A stretch of DNA of 64,000 bases from Candidatus Latescibacterota bacterium. GTDB lineage: Bacteria > Latescibacterota > UBA2968 > GCA-2709665. Below the pieces are notes generated by a model. The model had not been told where the DNA came from. It saw only the letters and a program-made list of their open reading frames with translations, and ran no database searches. The position numbers were made by a program, and so were the translations under genes. Location of the stretch: positions 2,208,001-2,272,000 of the forward strand of contig OZ241917.1 of assembly GCA_965203805.1 (NCBI GenBank), in the 5' to 3' direction. Of the stretch, positions 58,053 through 64,000 are shown piece after piece; positions within the stretch are counted from its first letter, which is position 1, and every line of letters begins with the position of its first letter.

Positions 58053-60608
58053 TCACCCCCCGGCGCTCAGCCCGAAGACCGCGGCGAAGAGGATGAAATC
58101 CGCAAAGCTGATCTGTTGATCGCCGTTCAGGTCCAGGTTCGCGTCGTAATTCGGATCGCCCGAGCTTGTGCCGAAACTGCGGGCAAGCAGCACGAAGTCC
58201 CCGAACCCGACGATGCCGTCGCGGTCGAAGTCGGCGCGTCTGGGGTCGGTCACCGGAGCATCTACGTAGACCGGTCTTCCTCGCACCGCGATCCCCCGGG
58301 GCCCGTCTTCCAGCGTGAGCGTCTTGCGGACGAATCCCGAGGCCGCGTCGAAAAACAGGAGTTCGTTCGAATCCTGGTTGGCCGCGTAAACGGTTTTTCC
58401 GTCAGCGGACACGGCGACGTCGCGCGTTTCGCGGCCGCGCGACGCCCACTTTAGAATAACGCGATTCAGTTCGGTATTGATCACCAGAACCCTGGCATTG
58501 GTCCGGTCCGTGGCATAGAGGCGCTTCCCGTCCGGTGAAAGGGCAAGCCGGAAGACGCTTGCGGATGGCTGATCGATTTCGCTGACGACCTCGTGGGTTT
58601 CGGTATCGATAACGGAAACGCCGGCCCCGTTCCCGCTGCGTCCGAACCGGGATACGTACAGCCGTTCTCCCGAATGAGAAAGCAGCAGCGACCGCGGCGA
58701 TTCCGCGACGTCGATCCGCTCGACGACCCGACCGGCTTCGATATCCACCACCATCACCTGGTTCCCGTCGATATCCGCCGCATACAGCCACTCTTCGTCC
58801 GGCCCTACGGCGATGCCGAACGGTCCTCGTGTATTTTCCCCTTCGCCGGCGACAGGCGTGGAAATGCGTCGACTCTCTCTAAGGCTGCCCGCGTCCACCA
58901 CCGACACGGTCTGATCCGCGGCATTGCTCACGTACACACGCGACCCGTTTCGAGGCATCGCCAGGTCCAGTGGTTCGCGGCCCACCCGTGTCACCAGAAC
59001 TTCGTGCGTGGAGGTGTCGATCGCCATCAGCTTGTTCTGCGCGCCGTCAGTGTCGGCGCCGTTGTTGGCAACGTACACAAACCGCTCGTCGGGTGTCAGC
59101 AGAACGCTCAAAGGGTCGCCGCCCAGCGGTATCCGGGCCACCTCGCGATCCAGGCCCGTGTCAAACACGGCCAACTGCCGGGAGCGGCGCAGCGCCACGT
59201 ATACGACCGGCTCTCCGGAAAGCGCGAGCACTTCAAACCGGAGTTCCGGCAGTTCCTCAGCCGGATAGACCGTCTCGTTGCCCTCGCTGTCCTGCGCCCG
59301 AAACCGATAAGAAAACACCGTACCGCGTTGGCTGCCTGGAAACTCTGCGGAATAAAGCCGTCCATGTTCGGGCTGTAACGCCAGCGTCCGGACGGGTCCG
59401 CCGTCGGTCCGGTAGTCCACCTCCGCCAAGGAAATCGGATCCTCATCCAGAATGCGGACGTGCAGCCGGTACGGGCCGGCCGGGCTCGGCGTATTGTTCG
59501 GAAGAACGGTCGGTTGAACGTCCGGAAAACCCGGAAGGGCGGTTCCCAGGGTAAAGTCGACCTCCGCCACGCTCCTGCCGGGGGCTATCCGAACCGCGTC
59601 GGCGACGTCCCGAATCGCACGGTTGTCGTAATACTCCTCCGGGAAGCCGGATTCGAACTCCCTGTAGATACCGCTGAAATTCCGCGTGGTGACCGATCCG
59701 CCCACCGGCTCGATACCCACGTGATACTCACCCGGCGGCAGGCCCTTGATTTCATACTCCCCGTCCCCACCGATCCCCCGGTTTTCACCTGCAGTACCCG
59801 AAAGGACGCCCGCGGCGAACTCACCCGTATCGGCGCGGTAGGCCACCACGTGCACGCCGAATGCGCCCGCGCCGTCCCGGCGTGCCACCCGGCCCGAAAT
59901 CGAGCCCGTGGAAATTCTCGCCTCGGTGGATGGATAGAGCGCCGCAATCCCGGCACGGTCGTCCGTCGTCAGGGTACGTTCCTCTCCGAAGTAGAAGGGA
60001 TACATCGACGGACGAACGGATCGGTCTCCGGCCAGCGGCGAATGGGCAAGACCCAGCAGGTGGCCGATCTCGTGGACCAGCACATCCTGCATATCCACCA
60101 GACCGCTCTCCTGGTCGGGATTCCCCACGGAATAGGAATAGTCGCGCCCATTGAAGACGATATCCACGTCCGTAATATGTCCCTGGACGTCCCAATTCAT
60201 CCGTGCGAACGCGATCACTCCGCCGCCGCCGCGGTCCGGGAAATTCCGGGCGCTCCGGTCGAAGGTAATGACGTTCTTGCCATCAGTTGACGACACCTCC
60301 AGATCGGCGACGCCGCGGTTCCTGAACGCGGCGACTGAAATGGGAACCTCCTCCCAGGCGACGAAACTGTCCCGCACCAGGCGTTTCACATGGTCATCGA
60401 AAAAAGGAAACTGGTCGATCTCAAGCCAGAATTCGATCGCCCGTGCTTTACCGGCCGGCCAGCGCACCGTGACGATCTGGCGCTGGTTGTTCCGGTGCAT
60501 CTGGAACACGTAGGAAAATACGGGAGCAGCCAGGAAGCAGCCCGCCACAACGGCCACAATAAGCCAGACAAAAAACGGTCGTGTTCTGGTCCCGAATCCG
60601 CGTCTCAC
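58053..60608 (-). CDS. Matrixin (M10) metalloprotease with YVTN beta-propeller and C-terminal dockerin/EF-hand tag
   Basis: HEIGHLLGLAH, Met-turn SMYP, YVAN/YVSN repeats, DFDRDGIVGFGDF / DLNGDQQISFADF. Confidence 0.88.
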   Translation of the reverse strand: MRRGFGTRTRPFFVWLIVAVVAGCFLAAPVFSYVFQMHRNNQRQIVTVRWPAGKARAIEFWLEIDQFPFFDDHVKRLVRDSFVAWEEVPISVAAFRNRGVADLEVSSTDGKNVITFDRSARNFPDRGGGGVIAFARMNWDVQGHITDVDIVFNGRDYSYSVGNPDQESGLVDMQDVLVHEIGHLLGLAHSPLAGDRSVRPSMYPFYFGEERTLTTDDRAGIAALYPSTEARISTGSISGRVARRDGAGAFGVHVVAYRADTGEFAAGVLSGTAGENRGIGGDGEYEIKGLPPGEYHVGIEPVGGSVTTRNFSGIYREFESGFPEEYYDNRAIRDVADAVRIAPGRSVAEVDFTLGTALPGFPDVQPTVLPNNTPSPAGPYRLHVRILDEDPISLAEVDYRTDGGPVRTLALQPEHGRLYSAEFPGSQRGTVFSYRFRAQDSEGNETVYPAEELPELRFEVLALSGEPVVYVALRRSRQLAVFDTGLDREVARIPLGGDPLSVLLTPDERFVYVANNGADTDGAQNKLMAIDTSTHEVLVTRVGREPLDLAMPRNGSRVYVSNAADQTVSVVDAGSLRESRRISTPVAGEGENTRGPFGIAVGPDEEWLYAADIDGNQVMVVDIEAGRVVERIDVAESPRSLLLSHSGERLYVSRFGRSGNGAGVSVIDTETHEVVSEIDQPSASVFRLALSPDGKRLYATDRTNARVLVINTELNRVILKWASRGRETRDVAVSADGKTVYAANQDSNELLFFDAASGFVRKTLTLEDGPRGIAVRGRPVYVDAPVTDPRRADFDRDGIVGFGDFVLLARSFGTSSGDPNYDANLDLNGDQQISFADFILFAAVFGLSAGG

Positions 60609-60611
60609 GAC

Positions 60612-61004
60612 TCAGTCCTGTTGAATAAGCACGGGATCGGGCGATTCCTGATCCACGTACCACACCTCATGCCGGCCGTTACCGTTCAGGTCCGCCCGCG
60701 CTTCCGCAACGAACGTGGATCCCTCCACCGTTACCCGGTAACGGAATCTGCCCGGCACTTCGTTCAATTTAAGGATCTGTCCGTTTTTTTCACTGTCAAT
60801 CGGCAGATAAGTTCCGAATTCCTTCAAGTGAGCGCTTTCCAGACGATAGATCAATTCGAGGTGCATCCGTGCCCGCGTGCGTTCGCTGTCTTCCGGAGAC
60901 TGGGCGGTGAGACGGTAGATCATCAGGCCGCAGAACAGAAACAGCAGCACGACCGGTACTAGATGCTTCCTTATGAATAGACCACGTTCCGTTGTTTCCG
61001 ACAC
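60612..61004 (-). CDS. Type IV minor pilin-like (PilE/ComP-like) protein
   Basis: N-terminal TM, AR..L..I...E..H...FGTY, F.AEA.ADLNGNG....W.VD; no G|FTLIE cleavage motif. Confidence 0.55.
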   Translation of the reverse strand: MSETTERGLFIRKHLVPVVLLFLFCGLMIYRLTAQSPEDSERTRARMHLELIYRLESAHLKEFGTYLPIDSEKNGQILKLNEVPGRFRYRVTVEGSTFVAEARADLNGNGRHEVWYVDQESPDPVLIQQD

Positions 61005-61006
61005 CG

Positions 61007-62710
61007 CTAATTCTCCGTGGCGAGTCCCGACTCCGACTGGACTTGAATGTTCAGGAGCGTCTCGGCTGCAGTCTCCCACCGGGGGACGACCTCAATCGTA
61101 TCCTGAAGCGCGGCAATGGGTTCGGCCGGGACAAAGGGACTGGCCACGCCACGGCTCCACGTACGGTTGCCGTCGACGTCTCCGAAGGCCAGCACCCGGT
61201 AACGCCCGGGCAGAAGGGCGTCGAGATAGTAGGAAGAATCGCCGGGCGCTACGACGACCGCCCGCGTCCGTTCAGACCCTGAAAGGGATTGCACCTGTAC
61301 CACGATCCGCGTATCGGAGGGTGCAACAGCACCACTGACGGCGCCCTGGTCCTCAGGCGACGCAATCGTAAACCGAAACGCAATCTCTCCTTCCGCGGGG
61401 TTTCCGGAGACATCCGAAAGCCTTTCGGCCTGACCGCGAAGTACGTAGGTCTTCCCAATGACCCAGGCGTCGGCCGGCCGAAACGCAAACCGGTTGGGCA
61501 GCGGCCACGAGACCCGTCCCTCAGGGGCGTCCGTACTGTCGGACCGCACCCAGAACTCCGGGTGCGCAACGGGCGCCATCGCCTCACTGAAATCGATTTG
61601 CAACACGACGTCTTGCGATGTATTCCGTGCGCCAATTTCAGGATGGACACGAACCGGATCGGGCGCGCGCCGGTCTGGCTGCCCCTCACCGCGCACCGTC
61701 GCCGTTTCGCCGGGAGGGATCGTATTTCCGAAGCGGTCGGCAATCCCGTCCAATTCCACGTGGTATTCCATTCCGGCGGCCTGTGGCGCGGTAACCAGCC
61801 AAACCCGGCTGGAATCCCTCGCGTCCGGATAGACACCCTCCACCTCGAGGAGCCCGTCGCCGCCGGAAATCCGGGGCGGCGACAGCAGATTCACGGGTTC
61901 ATCAAACCGGAGGGCAAGCCGTCGCCGATCGGGCGTCCGCGCCGAAACAAAACGGGGCGGTACGCTGTCGCGCACCGCCATCTTCAGCAGACCCAATTGC
62001 ACGCGGCGATCCCCCGATCCGAGGGTGACATCGCCAGGGGGTACCGCGAGCGATTCGCCCGAGGTATACGCCTGGTCGCGATCGCCGTCGCGGAATGCGA
62101 ATACACGGTACCGCCCCGCCCCTAATCGGACAAACCGATAGGTTCCGTCCGCGCCGGGCTGTGTCACATAAGCCGGAGGGTCGGCTACGGGATCGGGGTC
62201 GTTGTCTCCGGTCAGATCATACGCCCATACGAAGACCTGCCCACGCTGTCCGCCCACCGGGAGAACGCGTCCATGGATCTCGCCGCCATCCAGCCGTTCA
62301 CCGGTGGAGAATGCGAAGCTGTAGGACGCTTCCATTCGGTTGTACGACTCGTCTGAACTGGCGGCCCCCACGGACACCACGTAGGTCCGTTCCTCGCGGA
62401 GGCCTTCGTTCGGACGGATTTCAAGCTCCTGACCGCGCCATTTGAAATCCGGATCGGCGGAAAAGCGCGGAGAGATGAAAATCGCACGCGTCACCGACCG
62501 ACGGTCCATGCGTTCGCTGAACCGGATGCGGATGCGGGTCTCCGTTCCCACACCCACGGAATCGGCGGCCGGCATCGTGCGGACAACCCGCGGCGGGATG
62601 ACGTCCTTTGGCCCTCCGGGAGGCGGCATAGGGCTGGCGCACGCTCCCGCGAATAGCGGGGCGAGACCGATCAGAACGCGCGCCGCCTTTTCCCGGATGG
62701 ACTTTATCAA
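61007..62710 (-). CDS. Ig-like (Big_5/SbsA) repeat lipoprotein
   Basis: Lipobox AGAC, PPGGPKD..PP, repeated I.FSE.M motifs. Confidence 0.8.
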   Translation of the reverse strand: MIKSIREKAARVLIGLAPLFAGACASPMPPPGGPKDVIPPRVVRTMPAADSVGVGTETRIRIRFSERMDRRSVTRAIFISPRFSADPDFKWRGQELEIRPNEGLREERTYVVSVGAASSDESYNRMEASYSFAFSTGERLDGGEIHGRVLPVGGQRGQVFVWAYDLTGDNDPDPVADPPAYVTQPGADGTYRFVRLGAGRYRVFAFRDGDRDQAYTSGESLAVPPGDVTLGSGDRRVQLGLLKMAVRDSVPPRFVSARTPDRRRLALRFDEPVNLLSPPRISGGDGLLEVEGVYPDARDSSRVWLVTAPQAAGMEYHVELDGIADRFGNTIPPGETATVRGEGQPDRRAPDPVRVHPEIGARNTSQDVVLQIDFSEAMAPVAHPEFWVRSDSTDAPEGRVSWPLPNRFAFRPADAWVIGKTYVLRGQAERLSDVSGNPAEGEIAFRFTIASPEDQGAVSGAVAPSDTRIVVQVQSLSGSERTRAVVVAPGDSSYYLDALLPGRYRVLAFGDVDGNRTWSRGVASPFVPAEPIAALQDTIEVVPRWETAAETLLNIQVQSESGLATEN

Positions 62711-62884
62711 CGGGCCGCTAATGTTCTGTCCCGGAAATAAGTTGCCTGAATTCGGCCGTGGGAAAGCAACAATTCTCTAAAGGCGTTTAGACGGAAGCCG
62801 TGAGACGGGAGATGATATGAGTGCCTGAAGAACGGGTAGACGTAAGAAGTGAGACGGGAGAGATTGTCTGCCCTGTATGGGACA

Positions 62885-63790
62885 TTAAGCTCTCGGATGC
62901 GCCTGCCGATAGGCCTTCTTTAGCCGTTCCACGCTAACGTGGGTATAAATCTGCGTGGTAGACAGGCTCGCGTGCCCAAGCATTTCCTTCACCGCATTCA
63001 GATCGGCGCCCCTGTCCAGAAGATGGGTGGCGAACGTATGCCGCAGGGTATGCGGCCCCAAACGGCCCCTGCCCGTCGCCATTTCGAGATGCCCCACAAC
63101 CCGGTCCTGAACCCCGCTGGCGCTCAACGCCCTGCCGGTACGGGTGAGGAAAAAATGCCGCCGGTCAGCCTCTCGCGCATCGGCTGGCAGCAGTTCGGAC
63201 CGGCGGGCGAGGTACCTGCGCAGGGCTTCCCGGGCCGGCGCGCCCACAGGCACGAGTCGCTCCCTTCCGCCCTTTCCGGTCACACGCACGGTCCCGCTGT
63301 CCAGATCCAGACTATCCAACCTGATGTCCGCCAGTTCACGCAGCCGGATGCCGGAACTGTAAAACAATTCCAGAATCGCCCGGTCCCGCAGACCCAACGC
63401 GGTATCCGGCGACGGATTCTCCAGCACCCGATGCACCTCCGAAAGATCCAGATGGACCGGCAGGGTCTTCTCCTGCCGGGGCGGACGAACCTGCAGCGCC
63501 GGGTTCTTTTCCAGATGGTCCAGGCGGCAGAGCCAGGCAAAAAACGTGCGCAAGGATGCCAGCTTCCGTGCGATTGAACGTCGGCCGAATCCGGCGCCGT
63601 TCAGATATCCGAGGAACGCCCGAACGTCCTCACGCGCGACCGGTCTCACGTCCGGCTGTTCAACGCGCCGGCGTACCTGCATGAAAGAAACGAACCTTTC
63701 GAGGTCCGTCCGGTAGGCCGTGCAGGTGTGCGGCGACAGTCGACGCTCGTTGGCGAGATGACGGAGAAATTCGGCGATCAACTGCTGCAT
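62885..63790 (-). CDS. xerC: Tyrosine recombinase XerC
   Basis: ERRLSPHT..AY..DL, RDRAILELFYSSGIR..EL, GKG.RER.VP, PHTLRHTFATHLL, LGHASLSTTQIYTHV. Confidence 0.92.
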   Translation of the reverse strand: MQQLIAEFLRHLANERRLSPHTCTAYRTDLERFVSFMQVRRRVEQPDVRPVAREDVRAFLGYLNGAGFGRRSIARKLASLRTFFAWLCRLDHLEKNPALQVRPPRQEKTLPVHLDLSEVHRVLENPSPDTALGLRDRAILELFYSSGIRLRELADIRLDSLDLDSGTVRVTGKGGRERLVPVGAPAREALRRYLARRSELLPADAREADRRHFFLTRTGRALSASGVQDRVVGHLEMATGRGRLGPHTLRHTFATHLLDRGADLNAVKEMLGHASLSTTQIYTHVSVERLKKAYRQAHPRA

Positions 63791-63910
63791 GTACGATATC
63801 TCTCCAGGGTGGACGTCCCGCTGTGCCGGAACCACGTGCGCGATCCTGCCGACGGATCTCGCGGCGGGATGCGAACCGCCGCGGCCGTTCCAGGGGGATC
63901 CCCCCGCGGG

Positions 63911-64000
63911 TTACGCTTTTTCGTCCTCGGGCGCGGAAACGGCACGCCGGCATTTCAGGCACCGGAGCGACGTCCGGCCATTCCGGCCGGTATGCTCAGC
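63911..64000 (-). CDS. 3' end of an upstream gene, probably the DNA topoisomerase I C-terminal Zn ribbon (partial)
   Basis: AEHTGRNGRTSLRCLKCRRAVSAPEDEKA* has CxxC; topA commonly precedes xerC. Confidence 0.45.
   Translation of the reverse strand, partial: AEHTGRNGRTSLRCLKCRRAVSAPEDEKA

Noticed and set aside
62800-62861. GTGAGACGGGAGA direct repeat (two copies)
   Set aside because: Only two short copies; insufficient to call an element.
62885-63790. XerC as the integrase of the tRNA-Pro att repeat
   Set aside because: Housekeeping XerC motifs and context, about 20 kb away with core genes in between.
1-64000. CRISPR array, cas genes, retron/reverse transcriptase, rRNA
   Set aside because: No regularly spaced repeats with unique spacers and no such protein or rRNA motifs seen.

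Overview
Mostly GC-rich bacterial chromosome. The mix of sulfatases, PhyH-type dioxygenases and 'DFDG..VDF.DF..FA..FG' dockerin/EF-hand tags resembles Latescibacterota/Gemmatimonadota-like lineages, but that taxonomy is inference only. (1) Bases 1-7560 are an AT-richer accessory region. It holds a complete 4096-bp IS1595-family cargo transposon (1758-5853, 23-bp TIRs, 8-bp TSD TTTTATAA) carrying a RelE-like toxin with an atypical antitoxin, a YegP/DUF1508 gene, a c4-like structured RNA and a paralog of a neighbouring secreted protein. After it lies a homopolymer-frameshifted membrane/PLD-like gene. (2) 7.6-29.8 kb is catabolic and housekeeping genes: MFS, PfkB kinase, FkbM methyltransferase, aminopeptidase P, P450, GH3 plus an enolase-family enzyme, HAD, thermonuclease, PhyH x2, pdxJ, a zeta-like ATPase pair, sulfatase, mmsA, peptidase and AKR. 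(3) 29.9-42.2 kb is a large heme/iron acquisition locus: hmuTUV, TonB-dependent receptor, porin, imelysin, di-heme protein, dockerin-tagged double HmuY and an IsdG-like heme oxygenase. (4) tRNA-Pro(TGG) has a duplicated 3' half 247 bp downstream. (5) The rest holds tandem dipeptidases, a sulfatase, an EVE protein, a rhodanese with an in-frame UGA at the catalytic Cys position (probable selenoprotein), decayed DUF433/RND remnants, a TorF-like porin, glutamine synthetase III, a dockerin-tagged matrixin protease operon, xerC and probably the 3' end of topA. All calls are from reading motifs by eye; no searches were run.
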